From assembly GCA_010015805.1 (NCBI GenBank), contig ML978125.1:1860001-1924000 (forward strand): 64,000 nucleotides of DNA, read 5' to 3'. The position numbers and the translations under genes were made by a program. Below the pieces are notes generated by a model that was not told the DNA's origin, did not search any database, and saw only the letters and a list, made by a program, of their open reading frames with translations. Shown piece by piece: positions 50,593-63,843 of this stretch (positions within the stretch are counted from its first letter, which is position 1; each line of letters begins with the position of its first letter). The DNA is from Rhizodiscina lignyota. Lineage: Eukaryota.

Positions 50593-51755
50593 GTTGGCGA
50601 TCGTTAAGCAAATCAGGTTGATTTTTGGTCTCTCGAAAATGTGAAGTTCTCCAGAAAAGATTAATCTTATCTGATCCCCACGAGCCGAGTTTTTGCCGTC
50701 TGAACCCGCTAGCTCTGCATCGGGAAAAAGCCCGACCTCTCTCTTTTGATACCCGGACAGCTACTTTCTATTCCCTCTCACGACCGCAATATTACCCTAA
50801 TAATTATAATACTGGTATAAGATAAACCAGAAGGATTGGTCTATGTAAGTCTCTACTTGTTCTTTTCTCTTTTCTTTTTAAATATTCGTTGAGAAAACTG
50901 GCGAACAAGTGCTCATATCCCTCAGTGTCACTTTTTCGCCTGACGTAGAGACGGTGGACCAGGCCAGGTACGGATGACATCTGCTCGATGGTCCCTGCGG
51001 TGCCCCAGCAAGGTTCCAGGTTTTCCACAGCATCCTCCGTCGGAAAAGGTCAATTCAGGTTGAGACCTGATTCACCAGAATTACCCAAGGATGAGGTGAG
51101 GTCACGTCACAATGGCATTGGCGAATTGTGTAGCTCCAAGCGCGCTTCCGTGCCTGCATATTCCTGCTGCCAATCCTGCCGGTTTGCCCGTTCGCCCCTC
51201 CACATGTCTTGAAGGTGGTTGGTGGAGCGATGGATCAGCATCTTGGCGTTCGCCGCACAGGGCGAAAATCGATAAATCTCACAGCTGCCCCATGTTGCCC
51301 GGCATCGCGACAACTGCTTACAGACTCACCATGCTGCACCACGCTTTACCACGCACAGTTCGCGCATCCAGAGCAAGGCATTGCCGTATAGAACACTGAG
51401 GTACCCCGCAGACTAAAGCTTATCTATCCAATGGGAACGTCATAGTAGCTTTCAAATACCTTCCCTATCGGGCAGTATACGATGACAGTGTGGTGGAGAG
51501 GTTCCAAGTAACCGAGACCTGATGATATTCCTTTGCTTGTATGTAAGTCGGGTGTAATGCAGGCGGGGGTCCTGCAGAGTTCCTGCAAAAGAGCCTTTCC
51601 CCCAGCCTTCCGCTTGTACATCCGCCACTCTCCCATAAACGAAGTAGATCAATCGCTTTCTACTTCAAATCCCTCGCTCTCGTCCGTCCGCTGCGGCCGC
51701 AAGTGCTTCTATCTCAACCACTTTCGTTCTAAGCTCTCGTTACCCTGCCTCCATC

Positions 51756-53760
51756 ATGGTTGGCCATTCTTTCGCTCTGCTGGCCCTCGCCAGTTCTGTC
51801 GTTGCTTGGGAGAGTCAGACGTATGGAGGTCAATCCTACGGAGGAGGCCAGGGATGGGGCAGCCCTTCGGGTTACAGCTCGAAGAGTGAGGCTCCTTCAA
51901 CATATTCTGCTCCTCCAGTGTATTCTTCGTCCACTCCCCCTGTCTATTCTTCGTCGACTCCGGTGTACTCTTCGCCGCCTGCAAAGACAACTTATGAGTC
52001 CCCACCTCCGTACAAGACGACCATTTACAGCACGCCGCCTGCAACAAGCTGCACTCCTGAGCTGATCTATACGACAATCACCAAGAAGGAGGTTTTGCCA
52101 ACCACCCAGCTTGTCTATATCACCAAGACGGAGAAGGAGTTGCTTACAACAACGTGCACCGAAACTGAAATCCTCACAAAGACGAAGAAGGAGGAAATTG
52201 TATCTACAACAACGTGCACAGAAACAGAAACAGAAACGATTAAAAAGATCAAGACAGAGTTGGTATGTGATCCCTGTTGAACCCACGAGTCTACCCGAGC
52301 TCTTACGAGCTCTGAAAAGTGGCTTCTACATGAGGTCACCTGCAAGCAGGTTCAATTGTGCTTTTGGTCAAGCAAGACTTGCGTTGCATGATTTCTCTTA
52401 TTCGAATACCCGCTAATTCATGCTAGGTCCCTACGACAATTACTGCTACAGTCACTAGTGTAATCACGAAGCCAATTGTTAACAACTCTACTATCGTCAT
52501 CAAGAAGACTATTACGGTATGTTTTCCCGCTGCACAAATACGCTCCTCATGTTGGGATCGCTTCCGCTCCCGTGATTCGTTGTCTGAGCCCTTACTCACC
52601 TGCTATGATAGGTACCCACAACAGAGGTTTCGACCACCACGTGCTTTGAAACCGAAGTTTCTACGACCACCGAGGTCATCAAGAAGATCAAGACAGAGCT
52701 GGTAGGCAATCCCTTCTTCGCGTACAAGTCTTCCATCTCTTATCACAGCCGGCTTTCCGAAAATTGGCCCTTTCAAGCAGGCAATTCAATTCTTCTGTTG
52801 ATCAATATGATTCTCATTTCCCAAGATCGCAATTGCATGATTGTCTCACACTCGAAACTTCCGCTAATATGTCCATCATGATAGGTTCCTACAACGATCT
52901 CTCAGCTGTCAACCGTAACAGCTGTCCTGACAATTGTGAAGCCATTGAATGCTACGATAGTAAAAACGGTCACAGAAGCTCAAACAGCTACCGTTGCGAC
53001 CACTCTGAAGGAAACTGAGACGGTCACGTGCACTGAGACGAGCACAGTCCCAACGACCCTTAAGGAAACTGAGACGAGCATAGTTCCAACGACTATTAAG
53101 GAAATTGAAACTGTCACGTGCACAGAGACCGAAACAGTGAGTACTGCTGTTACGGTCACCAAGGAAGAGGAAACCACGAAGACAGAAGCCGAAACAGTGA
53201 GTACTGCTGTTACGGTCACCAAGGAAGAAGAAACCACGAAGACCGAAGTGTCCCAGACGACAGAGGAAATCACGAAGACAAAGGCGGTCCCGATCCTCAT
53301 CACGAAGACCATCGAGAGTACGGTAACCCAGGTTCAGACTCAGGTGACCACTGAGATCATCACATCTCAAACAACATCGACCGTGCTCTCCCCTGGAACG
53401 AATACAACGCTTACGGTGACGTTGCCCGTAACTATCAGCTCCGTCAAGACGATTGAAGTGACGCAGACCGTGCCCACAACGGTAACAGTTGTGTCCTCTG
53501 CGATAGAAACCCCACCATCCACCGAGTCCAGCCCTGTCACCGGAGCTCCTGTCTCCGAGGCATCAGAAGGTCAGCCACGTGTAACTGGGGAGGGAAGCGC
53601 CCCTTCTGTTTCTGCTACGATACCGGCTAGCAGCACCCCAAGCTTCTCAACCTCTGCTTCACCTGAGCAATTCACCGGTGCGGCCTCTTCGATATTGGAG
53701 AGCGGTAAGGAGAGGATGGCATTGCTTGCCGCAATCTTTGGTGTGATTGCAGTGGCATGA
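51756..53760 (+). CDS. Thr-rich repetitive secreted cell-wall protein, probably GPI-anchored, 4 exons
   Basis: Signal peptide MVGHSFALLALASSVVA, PPVYSS repeats, TTCTETE repeats and C-terminal EQFTGAAS...MALLAAIFGVIAVA. Exons 51756-52262, 52427-52516, 52612-52701 and 52885-53760. Confidence 0.85.
53131..53248 (+). repeat. Near-perfect 60-bp coding tandem duplication (ETVSTAVTVTKEEETTKTE x2)
   Basis: GAAACAGTGAGTACTGCTGTTACGGTCACCAAGGAAGA occurs at both 53131 and 53191. Confidence 0.9.
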
Positions 53761-54116
53761 GCGAACGGAAACGTTTACTCACTCTAATGACGAAGCATTT
53801 TTACCTTTCATTGGACGATTTCAATGTGTCGAAGGGGTAATAGTGTCTTTCATTCATCCAGTTCTCATTCTGTTGTCAAGCTTGTGGGCAACAGAGAGTT
53901 GTGATGTTGATGAAGTACGACTGGAGGAGGCAAAGTCATGAGCTGATGTGCATAATTTCTTACTTAAGACGGCTTCGGCGTGTCATGAGAAACGATTCCT
54001 GCATAATTATAGCATGTCAATAGCTATTAGCTAGTACTAATGACGAGTTTCCCAAAACTTCTAGAATCACACATGCCACACACATGCCTGTATTCATTTT
54101 CTTCGAGCTTACATAT

Positions 54117-54779
54117 CTAGCTCTCCTTAACAACGGCAAGTATAAACCCATCATACATATCATCATCGACTTGCTTATGGCTGTTCACTGTCGAAACCAG
54201 AGTTGCTTGTACCCTCTCGTCCTTGCCAACCTTTGCGAACAACGACTCTTTACCAGTCACATCTGGGTCACTTTCCAGTGTTTCCCTTACTACATTGTCT
54301 GCGTAGATGCAGCCATTCTTTCGTGTGAGCTTTACAGCCCACTGGAAGTACTCCCACTGCTCATTCCAGTCCGCGTCGATGAAGACAAGGTCGAACTTCC
54401 GCCCCTCCTCAGCAAGCTTAGGAAGCACGTCCAGCGCTGCGCCCAAGATGATGTCGACATCGAGGCCTTTCGTGTTCTCCAAAGCGACATCGCGGTGCTT
54501 TGGGTCGATTTCAATGCTCGTCACCTTCGCGCCGGTGCTGGCGAACCAGATTGTTGAATAGCCTCCGAGTGTCCCAATCTCGAGGACTGACTTGGCATTC
54601 ATCAATTGACATTGAATTGAGAGGAACTGCCCCTGAAGCTCAGAAACTGTAATGGAAGGAAGACCATTCTTTGCCGAGTTTGAAATTGCATTGTCAAGCT
54701 GAGGGTTTGGTTTGAGGAGGCTTTCTTTCGCGTGGACGTCAAGCTTGGCCACAAGGTGCAGTCTCTCGATCGAAGCCAT
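54117..54779 (-). CDS. SAM-dependent O-methyltransferase (family 3, COMT/CCoAOMT-like)
   Basis: VLEIGTLGGYSTIW, FDLVFIDAD and YADNV in a single exon. Confidence 0.9.
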   Translation of the reverse strand: MASIERLHLVAKLDVHAKESLLKPNPQLDNAISNSAKNGLPSITVSELQGQFLSIQCQLMNAKSVLEIGTLGGYSTIWFASTGAKVTSIEIDPKHRDVALENTKGLDVDIILGAALDVLPKLAEEGRKFDLVFIDADWNEQWEYFQWAVKLTRKNGCIYADNVVRETLESDPDVTGKESLFAKVGKDERVQATLVSTVNSHKQVDDDMYDGFILAVVKES

Positions 54780-55450
54780 GTTGGAGTAGCTCTAACAAAG
54801 TCAAATTGTCAACTCAATCGCTGAGATAACCGAATTATTTATCTTGGTCCACATGTGAAGACGCTGACGACAACAATTCACGCTTGGCACTGCTGAAGAC
54901 CGACTCTCGCGTCTCTGTCGGCGTTTAGGCATAGTAGATCCTCAGACGCGTAATTGTCATTTCGCGTAGATGCGTACGCGATATGTTCCTCATAGCTTCG
55001 AACATCTGAAGACGCAAGACAATACGCATTCACTTGAAATTTGCGAGCATTCAGAGCCTGTGCGGCCTGCGAGTGCGCGGTCGTGCGCGTTCGTGCGCGT
55101 AATATACGTAGCTGCTAGTCCTGTTTCAAACTAGCCAGTGGAGAAAGGGCATTTGATTGGACATTATAAGACAGTGTTGGTGGTCACCAGGTAAATGCCA
55201 TTGTGAACTTGGAGTCATAGAGCGCAACCTGGCCCTTGGATTGGAAAGTATACTGTAGCTTCGTTCGACGTACATCAAAAAGACACTAGGAAAAGAGTCT
55301 CGGGAGTCTATACCCGAGAAGACCGCCATTGCCCCGATGAGGAAAGTGTGATCCCTCGATGAGAAAGCTCGAAATGCCAAAAGACCCCACGAGCGCCATG
55401 CATGCTGTTGTGGGAACAAAAGACCTCAGCACAGATCAGAGGTAGAGATG

Positions 55451-57264
55451 CTACTCGTTTCTGATCTTCTTCTTCTTTTTCTTCTCCTCTCCTCCAGCCT
55501 TCTCATCGCCATGCTTTCGCTTCTTGTCCTTCTTATCCTTTTTGACATCTTTTATCTCGATGTCCTCAAAGTTCACCTTTTCAGCACCGCCATCCGTTTG
55601 CTTGTCATCTATTTGCATCGTGTCTGCATCCTCACCGACCGATTTGCTCTTCTTCTTTTTCTTCATTGCCTTCTTCTCTTCCTTCTCTGCCTTGCGGCGC
55701 TCTGCTTGTTGCGTAGCCTGCGAGGTGACGCCATCGGCCATTTCCTCGTCGCTTGCCGCTGCCGCAGTCGGATCGGAAATGTTGAGCTCGTTGCGGACGG
55801 ATTCCATTGCCGATTGCTGTAGGAGCAATTAATCAACGTTCACCATTGTAGTTGTCACAAGAGTACATACCATGACATCAATGTTCTTCATTGGCTGAGT
55901 GCCCTTCGTATAGAACTCAACCCTGTCGTCGACCTGTTTCTTCAGTGCTTCGCCAAACTTAGCGGTCGGTACTTCCGAGAATTGGTCAATCCTAGCTGCG
56001 ACGGAGGTCTTGTTGGCCAGGAATCGCGAGATCCTGCCCTTGTGTCGCGCCGGAGCTCTGCCGATGAACGAGGAGTGATAGATGAGTCCGTATTTCGGGG
56101 TGTTACCCTTCGTTTTAAGGGCTCTGAACAATGCCTTCTCCGCCCCGAGAATCTGGACTGTCGAGGCCGGATATTTCGCTAGATTTGTAAGGCTACCAGC
56201 TTTCGAGATTAGCCTTGCGCCGATGGTCTCGCCGATCAGAGCGCCAAGATTTGGAGCAACGACACCCATCTTGGTGACGAGATAGTTGTGCAGATCCTTC
56301 CTGTAATTCGCAAGCTTGACAGCGCGATTGGCAAAGCTTAAAACGGTCGCCATATCTTGCTCCGAAATGTCGCGTCCCATGCTGACTCTTGCCGCTTCAA
56401 TGATGCTCTTTGCCACAGTCTCATCATCATTCACCAATTCGGCCAGCGCATAGAGCTTCTCCTCAGACAAAGACTTCTTGTCTCCAATGAAAATCACAAG
56501 TTTGGAGTACTGCTGATTGTCGGATACAATCTTGACGAGCTCCGGGAAATGCCAGGAGTACCACTCGCGCACACGCATCGAAAACTGGTTGACATCCTTG
56601 TCAAGTTGATCGAGAGTCGCAATCGCTTGTATGATGTGATTGTCGTTCTTCTGGACGCTGAACTTGACCTTTGCGCGTGAATATGCGTGACCCACACCTC
56701 GTTGTGAACGATCGATGTCTCCTTCTTGCAGCTGATTCAGAAGCTTCTCACTATGCAGCCTAAGGCCACGGAGCAGGTCTGCAACAATATTGCTTGTCTC
56801 GCTCGTCTCACACTCAATGTGTGGAAAATCTGCCTTGATGTTGCCCGCAAGAGCTTTGTCGGCAACACCGAGAACAGGCTTGTGTTTCTTTCCAGCATTT
56901 GGGATATTTGTCGCAATAAGAGTCTTGAGGAAGTTCGATACAATGCCTTCGGAGATGTCGTTTGCGTTCTCCAACGCGTGGCTTGCGCCCTGGAACGGTG
57001 CGAATGAGACAAGCTCGACCATTTTGCCTGGACTGTAGTTAGAGTCACGATAACCAGTCGGGATTAGAGTGTGATCGCACCAAACGTCGACAAATCCTGC
57101 ACTTTGCTTTGAACCTCCTTCAGCTGGTTACCGATGGTGTCGGCTTGAATTTTGACTTTGAAGATCTTTCGAATCCATTAGCATTCGTGCAGAACACCTA
57201 CTTGCACCTTTGGACGTACCGCATATCCAACACCTGACTCAGAGAGAAGATAATCGACAGCCAT
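55451..57264 (-). CDS. NOP56: Box C/D snoRNP core protein Nop56
   Basis: MAVDYLLSESGVGYA, GHAYSRAKVKFSV, MRVREWYSWHFPEL, KYPASTVQILGAEKALFRALK and a KKE/D-rich tail. Three introns. Confidence 0.93.
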
Positions 57265-57572
57265 GTTGGCGACAGCTCCTTCGCAAGAGCTCAATCGATG
57301 ATTTGGTAGGTGCAATTGATGTCGTAGTGTTGAGTTCCGGGGAGCTCTCTGAAAAGTTGAAGCTCGTGGGCGGACGTTACGCATGGGAAAATATTAATCC
57401 TGGGCGCCGGCAAGTTCCGTTCGAAGACCAGTCGCGCGACGCGACTTTGAAAGAAATGCCATGCCACCACAAGGACATCAACCCCACAGCGTCACCTCTG
57501 TCGGCTCCTAGAATTCCTTCTTGAAGCTCTGCAGTGAACTGTAGATCTGATAGAAATCCGAGGAGCATCAAA

Positions 57573-59347
57573 ATGTCTGCAGCACAGCTTCTTAACCCCA
57601 AGGCAGAGTCGAGGGTATGTAAATCCTCCTCCTAAGCTCAGGACAGTAACTAATACGTTGCTCAGAGACGTGGCGAAGCTCTCCGTGTGAACATCTCTGC
57701 TGGAGAAGGTCTTCAAAATGTTCTGGCCTCGAATTTGGGCCCCTCCGGGACACTTAAAATGCTCGTTGACGGCGCTGGAGCCATCAAACTCACAAAGGAC
57801 GGCAGTGTGCTTCTTCGGGAGATGCAAATACAGAACCCAACGGCGGTAATGATAGCAAGAGCAGCAACGGCACAGGACGACATCTGTGGAGACGGCACGA
57901 CGAGCGTGGTGCTGATGGTTGGCGAGCTCCTGAAGCAGGCAGACAGATATATTGCAGAGGGCCTCCATCCACGAGTGATCACAGATGGCTACGAGATTGC
58001 AAAGGACGAGGCATTGAAAGTACGTGTTATCCCAGTTGGAGGAGGAGTTCATTGCTCACAGAGACCTGCCTTAGTTCCTTGACGAGTTCAAGCTCCAGAA
58101 AGAAATCGATCGCGAGCTGCTCCTCTCCGTTGCACGAACATCGCTATCCACCAAACTCAATGCCACACTCGCCGAGCAACTCACGCCAGATATTGCTGAT
58201 GCAGTCCTCACAATCTATCAACCTCCTGCGAAACCAGATCTGCACATGATCGAGATAATGACGATGCAACACCGGACAGCAGCCGACACTCAGCTTATCC
58301 GTGGTCTTGCGCTTGACCATGGCGCAAGGCACCCAGACATGCCGAAGCGAGTCGAAAATGCGTATATTCTGACACTTAACGTTAGCCTGGAATACGAAAA
58401 GTCCGAGATCAACTCGGGCTTTTATTATTCATCAGCAGAGCAACGGGAGAAGCTTGTTGAGAGTGAAAGGCGTTTTGTGGATGACAAGCTGCGAAAAATC
58501 ATCGATCTGAAGAAAGAAGTCTGCGGTGATGATCCAAAGAAAGGTTTCGTCATAATCAACCAGAAGGGCATCGACCCCTTGAGTCTGGACGTACTGGTGA
58601 AGAATGGCATCTATGCACTGAGAAGAGCAAAGAGAAGGAATATGGAACGATTACAGCTGATTTGCGGTGGCGTTGCTCAGAACAGCGTTGAAGACCTCAC
58701 CCCTGACGTTCTAGGCTGGGCAGGATTGGTGTACGAACATCAACTGGGAGAAGAGAAGTACACGTTTGTTGAGGACGTCAAGGATCCGAAGTCTGTCACG
58801 CTGCTCATCAAGGGCCCTAACGGACACACTATCACTCAAATCAAAGACGCTGTAAGAGACGGTCTAAGGAGCGTCTACAACATGATAGTGGATAAGAGCG
58901 TGGTTCCAGGTGCTGGGGCGTTCCAGGTTGCATGTGCAGCGCATTTGACGAGCGAGGCATTTAGGAAGCAAGTCAAGGGCAAGGCAAAGTGGGGAGTGGA
59001 TGCCTTTGCCGACGCGCTCCTAATTATCCCGAAGACGTTGGCTGCGAACTCCGGTCATGACATTCAGGATGCTCGTAAGTTATTCCTCGCCGTATTCCAG
59101 AGCTATATGCTGATAATTCCTAGTTGCTGCCTTACAAGATGAGCAAGCCGAGGGCCATGTGGTTGGCCTGAACCTGACGACTGGCGAAGCTATGGATCCG
59201 GTATCAGAAGGCGTGTACGACTCTTTCCGTGTGCTACGGAACTGCATAGCTTCGAGCACAGGCATCGCATCTAATCTTTTGCTGTGTGATGAGATGCTCA
59301 AGGCCCGACAAATGAGTCGACAACCAGAGCCAGGCCAAGGAGAGTAG
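57573..59347 (+). CDS. CCT6: T-complex protein 1 subunit zeta
   Basis: [53 protein letters not shown] and [12 protein letters not shown]. Confidence 0.95.
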
Positions 59348-60080
59348 ATGTCTTGGGATGGTGCGCTATTTTATTGTACTACAACACTTGCATCGCAGCG
59401 TGGAGTCACAATTGGTCCAGTAGAGCCTAGTAGACACATCCACTATAGATACCAGGCCATAAAATCGGGAGTTGTGTGGGGCATTCAACCCTAGATCAGA
59501 TACTGTGCAACATTCCTCGGGTCTGATCCCGAACGCATCAAGTGAGCCACACCTTGCGCCTCAGATCTGAAACGTTTCTTCTATCCTCGCAGCTCATCCA
59601 AAACCAGCTTCGCGATGAGAACTGTAGGTGTGGTTGCACACGTAGTAGTCCGTGTTGAGTTGCGTGCCCAAGAGTGTTCTTTGCAGCCCAAACCATTTAA
59701 TCGAAGTATGAGATGCTAAATATACCTTTTGAATTTGTGCAACCTTACTCCGTACAGTATGCAGATGCAGACGGGATCCTCCCGCCTGATCCACCCCACC
59801 CCCACACCAGGGTCCTGAGGATCCCGTCCCTTAGTCCCTAGTCAGCTGAATCTCGACTGGACTTCAGAGTTCTGACACGTTTTAACGCCACCACCCCATG
59901 TCCAGTTGTAGTCTCAAGTCGCTCTTTTCTTGAACTGTCACAGACACACTCCCTACCTTTCTTCAAATACGTCTAAATGTCTTCGTAGAGCGAGGGCAAG
60001 CACGATATCACCTCAGGGGCACGCGACAGACCCACAATTGGCGAATCTCACCTCGGTGCGCCGCCCGAAACAAAGCACCA

Positions 60081-63000
60081 ATGCTCAGGTACCGCAGATA
60101 CCGCGTCTTCCTCTTCTTCGCCATTGTCGTCCTCTTTGCGCTCTACCAATTCACTTTCGGTGGGCCACAATGGGATACAGGGAAATACTCGGCCGATTAT
60201 CTGCGGCAACAGTTGGGTCTGAACAGAGGTGGTAGCAGCAGCACTAGGGACAGTAGCGGGCAGGATCAGAAGCCACTGGAGCTAGATGTTCCAGCAAGAG
60301 AGAAAGAAGAGGGGACAGTGGAGCCTCCTGACCTTCCGAGCCCACCGAAGCCGGTACAGACTCTACCAGCAGACAAGACGACAAAGGAGGAGACATCGCT
60401 AGATGCCACGGAGAAGGAGGAGTCTGGAACAGACCAGGGCAAGGCGAGAGTTGTACCCGGCGGTACCGCTCCACTCGTCGACATACCGTACGAAGCAGGC
60501 CAAGGAAGGCTAGAAGTCAGCCCACTCCCTTCGTCTGGCGCCATACACTGGACAAAGCCGCAGCAAGAACTTTTCCCGGTCGAGTCAACCATTCAGCTTC
60601 CGTCTGGGACACCGAGACCGCTTCCAAAAGTCCAATATGATTTCACGGGCCATGACAGCGCTCTCGGCAAGCGCGATGAGAAGAAGGCGGCCATTGTCAA
60701 GGAAGCCTTCATCCACGCGTGGGAAGGCTATAAGAAAAAGGCTTGGGGTGAGGACGAGATTCGACCTGTGAGTGGCGAGTCTCGAAGTACTTTTAATGGA
60801 TGGGGTGCCTCGTTAGTGGATACTCTGGACACTCTGTGGATCATGGGCATGGAAGACGAATTCAAGACTGCGGTAGAGGTGGTGGAGAAGATTGATTTCA
60901 CAACTAGTCCTCGCGGAGACATTCCAGTGTTTGAAACTACGATAAGGTATCTTGGTGGATTGATTGCTGCATACGATATGAGTGGGCAGAAGCATCCGGG
61001 CCTCTTGAGCAAGGCGGTTCAGCTCGGCGATGTCTTGATGGGAGCATTCGACACGCCAAACCGGCTACCAATAAGTTACTACTATTGGAAGCCGGCGTAT
61101 GCGAGTCAGCCGCATCGCGCTTCGAACCACGTTGTCATGTCTGAACTTGGGTCTTTGTCAATGGAATTTACACGACTTGCTCAATTGACCAAGGAACCGA
61201 AATACTACGATGCCATCGCTCGTATCACAAACGCCTTCGAAGAATGGCAGAACCATACTCGTCTGCCCGGAATGTGGCCACTCAACCTTGACGCATCTGG
61301 CTGCGGGAGAGTGCAATATAGTACGGCGACGAAACAGGTGAATGGTGGATCGTCGCTTACCGTCATTGACAAGTTCGGTAACGAACAGGGGAAAGGCGAC
61401 GCAGAGAAGAATGGGCAAGGGCAGAAAATGATACCCATCGAAAGGCCAGAGCCCTTCAAGTTCACAGTCACGGGCGAGGACAGCAGTGAAAAGAAACCAA
61501 GTCCTGACGGCATGGGTACTCCTGCACAAGTCGAGAACTCAAGGATAAAGGACAACGACGAGACGGAGGAGCCAATACCAGAAGGGTTCGTGCCCTTGAA
61601 AAAGCCAGAACCTTTTACGTTTACACCTGGTGTGCCTGGGAAGGTCGGAGAGATTCAAAAAGTTGATGTCAAAGCTGGAGAGAAAGAGATGCCACCGGAG
61701 GAACAGCGCCAAACACAGCAAGGAGCGCAAGCAGGACCCGTTGGTAAAATCCAATATGTCGAAGTCGGCAAGGACGGGAAAGAACGCCCGCGTGAACGGC
61801 CGCAAGATTCTGCTGCACCTCAAGCGGGGCCGGCGGGTAAAATCCAGTATGTTGACGTTGGCAAAGACGGTCAAGAGCGGCCCCGTGAACAAGGCGCGGA
61901 ATCCAGCCTCGACGACCCCGATGGGTTACCAGAAGATTCTACGAAGGGAAAATTGACCAAGAGGATCGTGAAACGTACGCCACCTACAATTCCCCAACCG
62001 CCAGCGGTTGCAACTGTGCCGAAACCAGTGAATGGGACGAATCCAGCTGGCACGCACGTGCAACAGGAGCCGGTCTGTGAACCAATTGGTCTTGCATCAC
62101 AGTCTCAGTATGGAAGAGAAGAATTCTCTCTAGGCTCCATGGCCGACTCTACATACGAGTATCTGCCGAAAGAGTACATTCTTCTTGGTGGATTGAATAA
62201 CCAGTACAAAAGCATGTACGAAATGGCCATTGACACTGCCACTAAGCACAACATCTTCCGTCCAATGCTCCCAGATGACAAGGACATTCTTCTCTCAGGA
62301 TCTCTCTGGGTCCAGACATTCACCGAAGAAAGTGAAAAGCCAACTACGTATAGGCTCCGTACTTCCACCGCGCATTTAACTTGTTTCGTCGGTGGCATGT
62401 ATGGTCTGGGCGCCAAAATCTTCAATCGCGAGAAAGATCTCGAGATCGCAAAGAAACTTACGGAGGGCTGTGTGTGGGCGTACGATACAATGCCAACAGG
62501 AATCATGCCAGAATCATACAGTATCATGGCATGCGATGATTGGGACGACTGCAAGTGGAACGAGACCGCTTACCACAACGAGCTTGATCCTGGCCGAGAA
62601 ACCAGATTCCAGCTCTACGAGCAGCAGATACAGCGCTGGAAGGACGCACAAGCTCAAGGACCTACGACTGAGGTTAAAGTAAAACCACAGGAGACTGCTG
62701 ATCCGTCCGCTGCTGCGAAGAAGGGTGGGGATGAGACTGAGGTCCAATCGAAAGCGAAGAGGCAATTAGACATCCCGGATCCTGCGAAGCCCGTGACAAA
62801 AGAGTCGGCCACCCCCACTATCCCAGAGAAGACACCCGAAAATGCTTTAGAGAAAGCCATTGAGGATCCTAGCTTTCATATAAAGAAGCCGTTGACACAC
62901 GAAGAGTTTGTAGCGATGAGAATAAAGGACGAGAGGCTACCGCCTGGGGTTACTCTACTAAATGATAAGCGATATCTTCTCAGGTCAGTTCATGTGAATC

Positions 63001-63352
63001 ATCTTCTCATTACTCTTAGAGATTAACAGACCATAGGCCGGAAGCTATTGAATCCGTCTGGTACATGCATCGTATCACTGGCGACCCTCACTGGCGCGAA
63101 GCAGGCTGGCGGATGTTCCAGGCTGTGGAGCGGTACACGCGAGTAGAATTCGGTCACTCTGCAATCGATGACGTGACAAAGGAGACTCCGTTGCATAAGG
63201 ACGAGATGGAAAGTTTCTGGATGGCGGAGACGCTGAAATATTACTATCTGCTGTTTGAAGACGAGAGCGTGGTTAATCTTGATGAATGGGTGCTGAACAC
63301 CGAGGCACATCCGTTCAGAAGACCGAGCGTGGAGACAAAAGCGGAAGAGTGA
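60081..63352 (+). CDS. Class I alpha-1,2-mannosidase (GH47), type II membrane protein
   Basis: N-terminal TM segment, [59 protein letters not shown] (intron 62984-63036), [16 protein letters not shown] and NTEAHP. Confidence 0.93.
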
Positions 63353-63843
63353 AAGAGGCTAGTAATGTTAGGGGTTCACACTTTATGTTCTGCATGTGGG
63401 CGAATGTATATTTGGGATGGCGACATTACATTGCATAGCATCGGACTCGCGCGTGGCGTTAAGGGCTGCGCCGTATTAAAGACCAGATTTGGCATCATGG
63501 CATTTGTAAAGGAAAATTGGATTTTGTTCATTTCTCGAAGCCACTCGGAGAGTAGTCTATGTCTAAGGGTGCTCCACTACAGTGTTTGTGTGTCCTGTCG
63601 CAGAAGTGTTGCACTCCCTGGCCATTTTACTGCTTCCTCATCAGTTGAGTCGATCAACCACGCGACGCCACAGCCTCATCTGCTGAGGCGGCATCTCCGA
63701 TTCCGCATTCACTACCCCAAAACCTCCAACCCCTCCACGCGCTGTTTACAAATCGCGGCGATTTCCAATGCAAAGTTCTGTCACTCTGCTGGGCGTAGCC
63801 TGGTGATAAACCATGCATTCGCGTTCACGTCGTCGGCCGCAAG

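Noticed and set aside
54117..54779. Intronless, bacterial-looking O-methyltransferase as a horizontal-transfer candidate
   Set aside because: This family is widespread in fungi and its composition matches its neighbours. A phylogeny would be needed.
55071..55100. 10-bp tandem repeat (TCGTGCGCGT-like, ~3 copies) upstream of the O-methyltransferase
   Set aside because: Too short to distinguish from a simple slippage repeat. No spacers, so it is not CRISPR-like.
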